This document shows, piece by piece, positions 25,856-35,173 of a stretch of 64,000 nucleotides of DNA (positions are counted from its first letter, which is position 1; every line of letters begins with the position of its first letter). The notes under the pieces were generated by a model. That model did no database searches and had not been told where the DNA came from. It was given only the letters and a program-made list of their open reading frames with translations. Where the stretch lies: IMG/VR virus record IMGVR_UViG_3300005805_000045, positions 99,886-163,885 of that record; one strand, 5' to 3'. A program made the position numbers and the translations under genes. The stretch comes from a virus.

Positions 25856-28159
25856 TTATTCTTCACAGTTCCATTTTCGCAGAGCTTTGTTGATTCTTGA
25901 ATCTGGATCTCTTGCGGTCTTAGCAGATGTAAGTCTCTTTTTCATGCCACCCATTCTAGCACAGAAAGACTTTCTTCTTTTTGCTGCTTTAGAACCTTTC
26001 TTTAGTTTCGATGGTTTAGTTGTGACAGCCATCGAGAGTTTAGAGCCTGGATTAGCACGCCGATATGAAGCAATACCTTTGCGATTTAGACCACCTTCTG
26101 GATCTTGACCTTCTTTGCGTGTCCATGCTGGTGATTCTTCACCAAGACCTTTAGCACTTCTTAGTTGTGCTTCTGTTGGTGCACCCTTTTCACCAGGCTT
26201 TCTCATACGTTCACCTCTTGCTCTTTTAGCACGAATGTTTGCCCAAAGACCAGGACGTTCTTCTTCAACATATTTTTCACCAGATGCTGCCATACCAACT
26301 GGTTGATACTTATCACCACCATATCTAGCGTCCCATGATTCACGAATTTGACTGAATGGACGAGACATCTTTGTGATTTCTTGATTGTTATCTGCTTCAG
26401 TTAGTTTGATGCCAGCTTCAATCAATCTTTGTTCGGCAAGATTACCATACTTCTTGGCAAATCTAGCTTGTGTATCGTCTTTATTCATCCAATCAATAAC
26501 TGATTCAGCGATACCATATGTGCCATAAGGATAAATTGCACCCGCTGGACCAAAACCAGTTACAGGTGAAGATACACCAACAAGACCACCGATTAGACTT
26601 GGAGACTTAGCAACACCAAACTCAGGACCAATAGAATCAGAAACAGGAAGACCAACTGCACCAGATGCTGTATCAAGAATACCATCTTCTTCTAGTTTCT
26701 TCTTTCTTTTCCGAATTGCTTCTTGAACACCTTGACCTTGTAGATTGCCAACTGTTGTTCTACCCATGCCTTCATACTCTCTATAAACAGGAGTATTTGA
26801 ACCTAGTTTTAGAGCTTCATTACATTGACCAGGAGTATCTCTTTTATACATGTTAGCAAGAGATGTTGTGCCCCATTCTCTATTATATGTGTTTGTTCTG
26901 TAATCATCTTCTTCTAAAAACTTTGTGAACTCTTTGTCGATGGCTCGTGTTTGTTTTGCTTCAGCACCATCATAATTCTTTGCTTCTTCAACTTTAGATT
27001 TCCAACCACCACCCTTGCTTTTATACCATTTTGATGCCCAACCATTAGCATATGCAGATGGATAAACGTCAAACTTTTGTTTGGCTAGTGACTTTGCTTT
27101 TGACCAAAGTTCTGGATTTGTTGGTATGTTCTTTTCGTTTAATTGAACTGATTCTGTTCTAACATTGATAGGCTTACCGCCTTTGCCTGATCGATCTGCC
27201 ACTGGGTCTTCCCTTCTTTTTCTCTTTGCTGCTTTGGCTCTTGCTGCTTTGCCTAGTGCTCTTGCTTTTGCTAGAGGTAAACATTTTGGTTTGCCTTCAC
27301 CTTCATCTCTAGCACATTGACCTTTGATATTACCTTTGGTATCGAATCTAACCCACTTTTCACGAAACCACTTTCTCAAATCTTCATCGAGTGTTGCTTC
27401 AGTAATGTGTGATAGTTCAAACGTTCCTGGATTTGCTTTTGCATACCATCTTAGAAGTCTGCCTGCCATGAAGTTTGCTTCATCTTCGATTGGACTGCCA
27501 GTAGAGCCTTCTCTGGATACGTCTTTGATTTTTCCATCTTCATTTTGCTTGTGATGAACGAGTTCGTGTGCTATTGTTCTAAACACATCCATTGGATGTC
27601 TGTTCTTAGTGCATACGATTATTTCTTGTGAAGATGGATTGTAACCACCGAAACTTGGCTGTGTATCTTGATCGTCGTTATTTTTGTAATTGACTTTTGG
27701 TATAGATTTGATACCGAGTTTATCAGATGCAAATGAAACGAATTTATCCATCATAGGACCAAAGTCTTTGTGTGATAGTTCTTCGTTGAGTCTGTTTCTG
27801 TATTCTTTGGCAACACGCATGAGTTCTAAAACAGGTAGATCGACTTGACATGATTTGGTCATTTCTTGACCTGAGTTGTGATTTGCTAACCAACGATGAT
27901 GTCCATCTAGAACGTGATCGTCGTTTGATACAATGATTGGATCTTTATTTTTTGTTCCCATCAATTGAAGTACTTTGCTACCATCAAATTCCGATTGTGT
28001 TGCTTTTAGTGAACCTGTTGGCATCTCTGCCATATTGTAACCGATGCCGTGTGCTTTCAAATATCTCTGAAAGTCTTTGATTGATTCTGGTCCAATCTGA
28101 GGCATCAAACCACGACTGAATGTTTGACCTATTGCTGGAACTGTTAGTTGCTTTTTCAT
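25856..28159 (-). CDS. multi-module late protein: ParB-like domain, HExxH peptidase-like domain, several small basic modules
   Basis: PIIVS.D.HVLDGHHRW; RTIAHELVHHKQ; LRKWFREKWV; YPSAYANGW; SRINKALRKWNC; TATAAATA at 28185-28192. Confidence 0.75.
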   Translation of the reverse strand: MKKQLTVPAIGQTFSRGLMPQIGPESIKDFQRYLKAHGIGYNMAEMPTGSLKATQSEFDGSKVLQLMGTKNKDPIIVSNDDHVLDGHHRWLANHNSGQEMTKSCQVDLPVLELMRVAKEYRNRLNEELSHKDFGPMMDKFVSFASDKLGIKSIPKVNYKNNDDQDTQPSFGGYNPSSQEIIVCTKNRHPMDVFRTIAHELVHHKQNEDGKIKDVSREGSTGSPIEDEANFMAGRLLRWYAKANPGTFELSHITEATLDEDLRKWFREKWVRFDTKGNIKGQCARDEGEGKPKCLPLAKARALGKAARAKAAKRKRREDPVADRSGKGGKPINVRTESVQLNEKNIPTNPELWSKAKSLAKQKFDVYPSAYANGWASKWYKSKGGGWKSKVEEAKNYDGAEAKQTRAIDKEFTKFLEEDDYRTNTYNREWGTTSLANMYKRDTPGQCNEALKLGSNTPVYREYEGMGRTTVGNLQGQGVQEAIRKRKKKLEEDGILDTASGAVGLPVSDSIGPEFGVAKSPSLIGGLVGVSSPVTGFGPAGAIYPYGTYGIAESVIDWMNKDDTQARFAKKYGNLAEQRLIEAGIKLTEADNNQEITKMSRPFSQIRESWDARYGGDKYQPVGMAASGEKYVEEERPGLWANIRAKRARGERMRKPGEKGAPTEAQLRSAKGLGEESPAWTRKEGQDPEGGLNRKGIASYRRANPGSKLSMAVTTKPSKLKKGSKAAKRRKSFCARMGGMKKRLTSAKTARDPDSRINKALRKWNCEE

Positions 28160-28187
28160 ATTGTTTCTTTTTATAGTTTGTAACTAT

Positions 28188-29366
28188 TTATACTTGAAAA
28201 CCTAATTTATCTTTAGGTCTGCCAACGAAGTTCTTTGATCTGAAAGTAACTCTTTTTTCAGTCTTCTTTTTTTCTGTTTCATCTTTTGGTGTTTCAACCA
28301 ATTCCCATTGAGAATCGCCCATGACAGTTATTCTAAATTTTACATAATACACTTTAGATGAGGTTGCATCTTTGAATATTGGAGTGAAGTCTAATGCTTC
28401 TCTTGAAATTGCAACGATCGCATCTTCACATTTTTGTCTAACTTCTTCAGTATATGCGTCTTTTTTTAGCCATTTGAAATAATCTTCAAAACCATTATTT
28501 TTCATCCACATAGCAGTAGTTATAGGACCCTGCTTTGTTGATCCTTCATTTAGAAGTTTTATAATTTGATACTGTGGTGTTTTTGACCATTTCTTTTTAA
28601 GGGTGTCATTTCCATCTATCAGACTAAGAACATCTCCTGGCTTGAGTGTGTTTGTCGTTGTGCCAGACTTTGCTGATATTTTATATTCTCTATTTTTATC
28701 TTTGATGATATAGTCGAGAAGTGGCTCATTTGATCTGCTAGGTATTTTAACAACTGCCGATTTGAAATCTATTGGAAGAAGCCCGTTTGCTCTAATAGCT
28801 AAAGGACCTAATGATTCACCATAATCATTGTTTATCGTATTGATTTGTATTGTCTGACCCAAGAAATTCATCATCTTTTTCATTTTACTTTTTGTACTTG
28901 GATTCGGACTTTGAGTATACTCTGCAATTGAAATCAGTACTTCTTTTTGTTCGTCAGATAATTTATTTGTAGAGCCAATAGCAACAATAAGTGCATTATA
29001 ATATGAACCAAAAGGTATTTCTTTATCTACTATATTATTATTTGAAGTACCAAAAAAACTTGGTTTCAGAATAAGTGATCCAGCTAACTTTATTGGTTTT
29101 AGAATGAACTTCGCTTGACCTATAACAACAGCACCTGCACCTGAACCAGCACTTTTTGAATCGAATTTTGCACCATAATTACTCAATGCTTTTGCTAGTT
29201 CCTTCAATGCTTCTGATCTATCTGATCTTGATTTTGTTTGACCATATAAAACTATACTTCTACTAGACAATATTTTATATTGTGATATGCCAACATTTCG
29301 AATAATCTTACTAAAGTTGGCTGAAGTCATTTTAGGTAATATTTGTTGTATTTGAATTTCACTCAT
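28188..29366 (-). CDS. hypothetical protein with restriction-endonuclease-like C-terminal domain
   Basis: DYGE...P..SNEPLLDY...KISAK resembles a PD-(D/E)xK core. Confidence 0.55.
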   Translation of the reverse strand: MSEIQIQQILPKMTSANFSKIIRNVGISQYKILSSRSIVLYGQTKSRSDRSEALKELAKALSNYGAKFDSKSAGSGAGAVVIGQAKFILKPIKLAGSLILKPSFFGTSNNNIVDKEIPFGSYYNALIVAIGSTNKLSDEQKEVLISIAEYTQSPNPSTKSKMKKMMNFLGQTIQINTINNDYGESLGPLAIRANGLLPIDFKSAVVKIPSRSNEPLLDYIIKDKNREYKISAKSGTTTNTLKPGDVLSLIDGNDTLKKKWSKTPQYQIIKLLNEGSTKQGPITTAMWMKNNGFEDYFKWLKKDAYTEEVRQKCEDAIVAISREALDFTPIFKDATSSKVYYVKFRITVMGDSQWELVETPKDETEKKKTEKRVTFRSKNFVGRPKDKLGFQV

Positions 29367-29809
29367 TACTTCTTCTCTGCGATAGACTTCAGCATCCAAC
29401 GATGTTTAGAGTGAATCATAATTCTTTCCTCGAGAAAATTCACATAACCATACATCTCTAAAACATCTGCTTTATTGCGAGCTTCAACAAGTGTACTCAT
29501 AACTTTGTCATTAGCATCAAGCAAGTTGGCAATCATGTTTTGTGTTGTAGGAATTTTTTCGTCTTCTTTGATTGTACTTAGTTCTGTCATACGAACAAGT
29601 GTGCCAGGAGCAAATGCATCGAGAGCACGAATATGTTCTGCAAGAGGATCAATTGCATCATGAAGTTCTTCATATAGTTTACCAAAGAAGTCATGAAGTT
29701 GTGGAAAATCTGGACCAATCACATTCCAGTGATATGAATGTGCTTTCATATACATAACAAACGTATCAGCAAGAACTTTCTTTGCTTGATCAATCAACGA
29801 ATCAGCCAT
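29366..29809 (-). CDS. dps: Dps / mini-ferritin
   Basis: HSYHWNVIGPDFPQLHDFF...D.LAEHIRAL...H.KHRWML. Confidence 0.95.
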   Translation of the reverse strand: MADSLIDQAKKVLADTFVMYMKAHSYHWNVIGPDFPQLHDFFGKLYEELHDAIDPLAEHIRALDAFAPGTLVRMTELSTIKEDEKIPTTQNMIANLLDANDKVMSTLVEARNKADVLEMYGYVNFLEERIMIHSKHRWMLKSIAEKK

Positions 29810-30011
29810 TTTGATTATCCTCTTTCTCTTTGCCCCATTTGCCTATTGGGCATTCTGCGCTCATCAACATTGTTTTGTATTCCATAAAGCAGCCACACTT
29901 CTCACATTTAGCTCCACGTTCACGGAAATGTTCGCACTCTTTACAGATCGCTAGACGTTTTTCAGAAACATCTTTACGATCAGTCCATATAGTTTTCAAT
30001 ATAGGTTTCAT
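29802..30011 (-). CDS. small Cys-rich protein
   Basis: RLAICKEC...CEKCGCF...CPIGKW. Confidence 0.75.
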   Translation of the reverse strand: MKPILKTIWTDRKDVSEKRLAICKECEHFRERGAKCEKCGCFMEYKTMLMSAECPIGKWGKEKEDNQNG

Positions 30012-30016
30012 GATAT

Positions 30017-30268
30017 TTATCTCTGTTTCTTGAGTTCTTTCTCTGCTAGTCTACATGCATCACGCAACTTGGAATAATCAGCCATCATCTCGACAATTTG
30101 AGATTCGTTAGGTAAATTAGCAACTTCTTTTGCTGCTTGCATCAATTCTTGTTGTGTGTATTTCTTCAACACAGGACATCTTGAGTATGCAAACTCAACT
30201 CTTTGTGGAGTAATACTAGCACAAGCACTTAGCATCAAAGCCAGTGTCAAAATAGAAATCACTTTCAT
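30017..30268 (-). CDS. lipoprotein, putative o-spanin
   Basis: lipobox LSAC, two further Cys, TAATG-coupled to a TM protein. Confidence 0.6.
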   Translation of the reverse strand: MKVISILTLALMLSACASITPQRVEFAYSRCPVLKKYTQQELMQAAKEVANLPNESQIVEMMADYSKLRDACRLAEKELKKQR

Positions 30269-30495
30269 TAGAATGTTCCGTTTTCTAATTTCTTAGCAAT
30301 GTCGTCTTTGGTTCTCTTTTCTGTGAGAACTTCAGTCTCTTTTCGCATAAGTTCGTTTTCTCTCTTGGCTTGTTCGGCCTGTTCAAGAGTACGACCTTGG
30401 TTGACATCTCTTTTAGTTCTGAGCATATCCAGGATTCTTCCAAATGCTTTGAATGCACCTGAGAAGAATCCTAGAATTGCTGCGATATATTGCAT
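30268..30495 (-). CDS. putative i-spanin
   Basis: N-terminal hydrophobic segment followed by a helical charged region. Confidence 0.5.
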   Translation of the reverse strand: MQYIAAILGFFSGAFKAFGRILDMLRTKRDVNQGRTLEQAEQAKRENELMRKETEVLTEKRTKDDIAKKLENGTF

Positions 30496-30677
30496 TATTC
30501 TTTAGCGCCAGGTGGTGTGGTTGTTAGTGTGCGAAGAACAGCCATTAGAACGGCTGAACCAAGAGCAACCATGCCTGCTTGTGGATTGTCAAGAATAGCG
30601 TTCCAGTTGGTCATTTCGAGTACGCCGAAGACAGCAACTAGAGCAGAAACTAGGTATGTACGATAACCCTTCATCAT
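30495..30677 (-). CDS. putative holin (2 TM)
   Basis: MKGYRTYLV...two TM segments...RTLTTTPPG; GGAG RBS; TATAAATA at 30717-30724. Confidence 0.55.
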   Translation of the reverse strand: MMKGYRTYLVSALVAVFGVLEMTNWNAILDNPQAGMVALGSAVLMAVLRTLTTTPPGAKE

Positions 30678-30729
30678 TTGTTTTCTCCATAGAATGCCCA
30701 TATGTGGGCCTTATCATATTTATAAAAAC

Positions 30730-30761
30730 AAAAAAGTACGGGAACCGAAGCTCCCGTACTC
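30730..30761 (-). terminator. intrinsic terminator with cUUCGg loop
   Basis: GAGTACGGGAGC-TTCG-GTTCCCGTACTT-TTTT. Confidence 0.9.
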
Positions 30762-30785
30762 AAATATTCTGGCTGTGCTGGACTG

Positions 30786-31097
30786 TTATTCAGTCTTTGG
30801 TTCAGCGACAACTTCTTCTGCTGGAGTATCAACTACAACATCTTCTTTTACTGGAACGACATCATCTGATTCGGCAACAGCACCAGCGAGCACATCAGTA
30901 GAAGCCTTAAGTTTGTCAATAAGTGCTTCAAGTGGTGCAGTGTCTAGTACAGGTGGTACTTGAGCAGCTTTAGCAGCAAGTTCTGCTGATACTGCTTCTA
31001 GTTCACCTGTAAGTTTCTTGAGAAGAGTCATAGCAGAAGCATGAACGGTAGTTACTCGTGTTACTTCTTCTGCTAGTCTATCTAGATTGAGGGCCAT
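30786..31097 (-). CDS. Ala-rich coiled-coil protein (paralog B)
   Basis: aligns without gaps to the C-terminal half of the upstream ORF; AAAGGA RBS. Confidence 0.8.
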   Translation of the reverse strand: MALNLDRLAEEVTRVTTVHASAMTLLKKLTGELEAVSAELAAKAAQVPPVLDTAPLEALIDKLKASTDVLAGAVAESDDVVPVKEDVVVDTPAEEVVAEPKTE

Positions 31098-31098
31098 A

Positions 31099-31539
31099 TT
31101 ATTTCCTTTCTACAGCGGTTATTAGTGAATCAGTAGATACTTTGAGTTTTTCTACCAAAGCATTTAGTTCGTTTGCATCTACGGCATTTTCTGCTGCTAC
31201 GGCTTTTGCAGCCAGATCAGCAGTAATAGATTCCATATCTGCAACAAGTTTGTTGATCTTTTCAACTGCCATCGTTTGTGTTGAAGCAACTCTCTCAACT
31301 TGTTCTGTGAGGGCAGCTAGACTTATTGCCATGTATGATATCCTTTCTTGAATAAGAGCAATCTCACTCATAAGCATATCAAATCTAGCCTTGACCGATG
31401 TATTCGGTTTCAGCAATTCTTCTGGTTTGTATTCTGTGGTGGATGTTGGACGTTTGATTGACTCGCCTAGTCGTCTTATTTTGGATAGTAAAAGAATGAA
31501 TCTGCCACATAACGCAATAAATGACTTCCAAGAAGACAT
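31099..31539 (-). CDS. coiled-coil protein (paralog A) with a nested in-frame start at 31332
   Basis: AAAGGA RBS before both 31539 and 31332. Confidence 0.7.
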   Translation of the reverse strand: MSSWKSFIALCGRFILLLSKIRRLGESIKRPTSTTEYKPEELLKPNTSVKARFDMLMSEIALIQERISYMAISLAALTEQVERVASTQTMAVEKINKLVADMESITADLAAKAVAAENAVDANELNALVEKLKVSTDSLITAVERK

Positions 31540-31570
31540 TTGTGATCCTTTACACGTAAGTATTCATTCT

Positions 31571-31598
31571 TATTTATAAGCAAATGCTTCTATAAATA
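31571..31598. promoter_or_regulatory. back-to-back T4 late promoters
   Basis: TATAAATA on minus at 31571-31578 and on plus at 31591-31598. Confidence 0.75.
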
Positions 31599-31629
31599 CA
31601 ATGTCGTCGATCACTTTTTGGAGAAAACT

Positions 31630-31929
31630 ATGGCTACAGTTGAGAAGACAGAGAAGGTTGATATTGTTTATGAGAATAACAAGATCATCATCCGTGGTAG
31701 ATCATTTGAACTATCAGCACAAGTTGGTGCGACAGATTTGGCAGCAATCTATATGTCTGGCAAGGGTGAAGCACAAGCCACTCTTTCAGTAGATGTTCCA
31801 GATGCACCAACACAAAAAGGAGGTGCAGACAATGTGCCCGCACCTCCTAAGAAAAGCAGAAAGAAGACTAAAACTCTAGCCGAAGTTAAGGCTGATCAAC
31901 CAGATCACAAATACAATCCTGACGGTTAA
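31630..31929 (+). CDS. late hypothetical protein on the plus strand
   Basis: GGAG RBS before the ATG of MATVEK; own late promoter. Confidence 0.7.
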   Translation: MATVEKTEKVDIVYENNKIIIRGRSFELSAQVGATDLAAIYMSGKGEAQATLSVDVPDAPTQKGGADNVPAPPKKSRKKTKTLAEVKADQPDHKYNPDG

Positions 31930-32059
31930 ACTCTGATTGATTGTGTCATTATGGCTAGAATGAAGAACAATGAAGCAGCATAGACTGTTGCAGCAAATAT
32001 CGTTTGATAGTTTACGAGCAGCCAGTAAAACAGTGCTTCAAACGCATTTGGTTCTTTGT

Positions 32060-32632
32060 TCATAGGTCGATCTTTTTACCTCCTGACTTTGGTGGTTCTT
32101 GCTTACCTGCTACATCAACACACTTAGCCAATAATTCAACAGCCCGTGTTGTTCCATCTAGTGGAATCGTAGCATTCTCAATTGTACCTGGCATGATGAT
32201 TTCTAGCTTGTGCCTTGCCATGAAGTCTGGAATAAAAGCACGAGAGTTGATACCAGGGATGACAATTGTGTTCTTATTTAGAAGAAGATAGTCGATTGTA
32301 CCACCCTTTACATCACCACCACGACTTACAAAATTCAAACGCAACTTAGAACGGGACTGTGGTGGATCACCAATATTCCATCGAGTATTGCTGAGCACGA
32401 TATACACTTCACCATCAATCAAGTCTTTGTAGAGTGTAAATGCCGATCCATCCCTGAATGACAGTTCAGCACCACAAAATGCATTCTTGTTATCGACAGA
32501 TGGACGACCGACGATGATCCAGTTATCAGCTTTCTCTGAAAAAAAGTCTTGAGCCAATACTGAAATCGTTGATGTGAACAGGATAGTGAGGGATAGTAGG
32601 ATTCGTTTGAGCATGATATAGTTCCTTGTCAT
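32060..32632 (-). CDS. secreted/periplasmic hypothetical protein
   Basis: signal peptide ending VLA-Q; two Cys. Confidence 0.75.
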   Translation of the reverse strand: MTRNYIMLKRILLSLTILFTSTISVLAQDFFSEKADNWIIVGRPSVDNKNAFCGAELSFRDGSAFTLYKDLIDGEVYIVLSNTRWNIGDPPQSRSKLRLNFVSRGGDVKGGTIDYLLLNKNTIVIPGINSRAFIPDFMARHKLEIIMPGTIENATIPLDGTTRAVELLAKCVDVAGKQEPPKSGGKKIDL

Positions 32633-32635
32633 TGT

Positions 32636-32710
32636 TGGCGCTTCCTACGGGAGTCGAACCCGTCTCTCCAGAGTGAAAGTCTAGTGTCCTAACCGATAGA
32701 CGAAAGAAGC
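32636..32710 (-). tRNA. tRNA-Glu(UUC)
   Basis: cloverleaf, anticodon loop CTTTCAC, GTTCGA T-loop, encoded CCA. Confidence 0.95.
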
Positions 32711-32713
32711 AGA

Positions 32714-33034
32714 TTACTTACGCTTGTGTTTACTCTTCTTTTTTATATATGACCGTCTTGAAGCGATCTCGTCCCAAGTTCTACCTAGTGGATGCTTTAT
32801 GATGACGACTCCCATGTCTGTTGGACCACGATCAAGTTCTAACTGTTGTGCGAAAAACAAAGCATCTTCATAAATCTCAAACACAGGTGAGTTCTTGAAA
32901 TACTGATGCATGTAACAGTCATTCTTGAATACATTACCGATAGCATGTGCTACACATACTCGCCACTCTTGATAGTCTTTAGCTTCTGGATAGATTTTTG
33001 TGGCTAGTATAGCAACACAGTTATCAGCACTCAT
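32714..33034 (-). CDS. hypothetical protein
   Basis: MSADN..ILAT; ATGA overlap. Confidence 0.7.
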   Translation of the reverse strand: MSADNCVAILATKIYPEAKDYQEWRVCVAHAIGNVFKNDCYMHQYFKNSPVFEIYEDALFFAQQLELDRGPTDMGVVIIKHPLGRTWDEIASRRSYIKKKSKHKRK

Positions 33035-33597
33035 TTGTAACTCCTAGGCATTGGTCGTAAATCCATCGCAACTTTCCACATTACAATTGCAGCCGCAGCA
33101 GCCACATTGAGTGATCGAATGACTCCGACTTGTGAAATAGAAACAATAGGAATATTGTAATGTGGAGCAAGATCAAGATATTCTTGTGGTAAGCCAAAAC
33201 TTTCTGATCCAAACATCAAGCACGGTGGCTTAGTCCAGCCATAAAAGTCTTTGCAGTACAAGTCTTCTCCTCCCTGCTCAACAAATACAGGTTGATAGTT
33301 TTCCATAATTTGGTCGAGTGCTGTTAGTGTGTCATCATGGTGTTTGATCTCAATATAGTTTTGAGCACCAACACATCCACGTCTATCAAATCTACGCTTG
33401 CCTACAGTGATAAACTCTTGAGCACCAAACACAGCAGCAGACCTAACCATGTTGGAGATATTTAGATCGCCAGTGAGATTTACCGCTGCAACTGCATATG
33501 GAAGTGATTCACTTTTTTGAATCGCTTTTACATCATCAAGGGTTAGACTTTTGAACTCATCGAATACATTGAACTTGGTGCAATCGTCAATGATCAT
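33031..33597 (-). CDS. SpoU/TrmH-family RNA 2'-O-methyltransferase
   Basis: N...MVRSA..FG, FGSE..GL, SLNVAAAA; TTGACA-17-TATTAT promoter upstream. Confidence 0.9.
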   Translation of the reverse strand: MIIDDCTKFNVFDEFKSLTLDDVKAIQKSESLPYAVAAVNLTGDLNISNMVRSAAVFGAQEFITVGKRRFDRRGCVGAQNYIEIKHHDDTLTALDQIMENYQPVFVEQGGEDLYCKDFYGWTKPPCLMFGSESFGLPQEYLDLAPHYNIPIVSISQVGVIRSLNVAAAAAIVMWKVAMDLRPMPRSYK

Positions 33598-33655
33598 GTT
33601 TGTTCCTCATTCTGAATGTTGCTTATAATAGCAAATCATTACGGCTGTGTCAACC

Positions 33656-35173
33656 CTAAACGCCCGAATCATCCCTGATAAACAGATCAACATTAGTTCC
33701 TTTTGGTGAAATGTTGTCTTCCATCGTGACATGATAACCCCACAACTTTTCCATATGTTCCATTACATCATACTTGGTATTGTTGAGTTCCGCACCATTG
33801 ATGGCTGTATACTTGAGTTGGAGAGTTCGTGTTGTGTCCAGATTGGCATTGATGACTTGAATGTCGGGCTGCCATGATTGAATCGAATACTGCTTGCTTA
33901 GTGAGTTCCGAATATCATTGTAATGCGTTCTGTTTTGAATGCCACTGATCAGGTAATGATTGTCCTTGGTGTTGTTCGTGACTTCGAACAGTTGCCACTT
34001 ACGCATCACTGCTGGACTGAGGAACTGTGTGACGAAACTCTCGTCACGATAGTTGGCAACAGCATCCAGACACACGTCTAGCCATGGCTGACCTGCGATG
34101 TCAGGAAAATACTCTTTGTCCTCTTCAGTTGGATTCTCGCAGATACGACGAATGTCCGTGAACATGTCAAAGCCTAGAGCATAGGGATTGAAGCCAGAGT
34201 AATACTTGGAATCATGCAGACGTTGATACAGGACCGACGAATGCGAATGTAGAAACTCTAGGTGTGCGCCGTCATCGATCAGACCCTTTTCCCACAGCCG
34301 TTTCATGATGTAATAGTGAGTGAATGATGCCCAGCCTTCGTTCATCAGCTTGGTCTGACGCTGTGGATAGAAATACTGGCCGATCTTGCGAACGATGCGA
34401 ACGATTTCACGTTGCCATGCTTCTAGCTTGGGTGAATGCTTTTCGATGAAGTAAAGCAAATTCTCTTGTGGTTCTTTGGGAAAAATCTTGCCCTGATTAA
34501 GCATGGGCAAAACCTCAAACTTCTTTGGTAGAGTTGACCAGAGCAGATTGGCTTGGGATTGAACGTACTCAGCACGTTCTTTTTGACGCTCTTTTTCCTT
34601 CTGCTTGTTGAGTTTACTAGGGCGCTTATATCGATCTACACCATAATCCATGATGGCATGACAGGCATCTAGAATTTCTTCTACAGTCTCGGGACCATGT
34701 TCCTCTTCGCACTTGCTGATGTAGTTACGAGCAAACACGAGATAATCAACGATAGAGCCTGCATCGGTCCATTGCTTGAAGAGGTAGTTGTTCTTGAAGA
34801 AATGGTTGTGTCCATAAGCAGCATGAGCAATCACGAGTGTCTGCATGGTCATAGAGTTCTCTTCCATCAGGTAACTGATGCAAGGATTTGAGTTGATTAC
34901 AATCTCGTATGCTAGTCCCGACATGCCTTTACGGTAAGAGTATTCTTCCTGAATAAAATTCTTACCAAAGGACCAGTGATGGTACATGATAGGCAGACCG
35001 ACGCTGGAGTATGCGTCCAGCATCTGATCTGAACCAATGATCTCAATCTGATTTGGATATACGTCTAGCTTGAGTTCTTTGAAAGCGATTTCAGCAATGG
35101 CTTCTTCGGCTCTTTTGAGACGTTCAAATGTCCAGTTGTTGTCTTCATAAAGCAGCTTTGACTTCTTAGCCAT
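33656..35173 (-). CDS. spoVR: SpoVR/YcgB family protein
   Basis: GLAYEIVINSNPC, HAAYGHNHFFKNN, YFYPQRQTKLMNEGWA. Confidence 0.95.
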   Translation of the reverse strand: MAKKSKLLYEDNNWTFERLKRAEEAIAEIAFKELKLDVYPNQIEIIGSDQMLDAYSSVGLPIMYHHWSFGKNFIQEEYSYRKGMSGLAYEIVINSNPCISYLMEENSMTMQTLVIAHAAYGHNHFFKNNYLFKQWTDAGSIVDYLVFARNYISKCEEEHGPETVEEILDACHAIMDYGVDRYKRPSKLNKQKEKERQKERAEYVQSQANLLWSTLPKKFEVLPMLNQGKIFPKEPQENLLYFIEKHSPKLEAWQREIVRIVRKIGQYFYPQRQTKLMNEGWASFTHYYIMKRLWEKGLIDDGAHLEFLHSHSSVLYQRLHDSKYYSGFNPYALGFDMFTDIRRICENPTEEDKEYFPDIAGQPWLDVCLDAVANYRDESFVTQFLSPAVMRKWQLFEVTNNTKDNHYLISGIQNRTHYNDIRNSLSKQYSIQSWQPDIQVINANLDTTRTLQLKYTAINGAELNNTKYDVMEHMEKLWGYHVTMEDNISPKGTNVDLFIRDDSGV

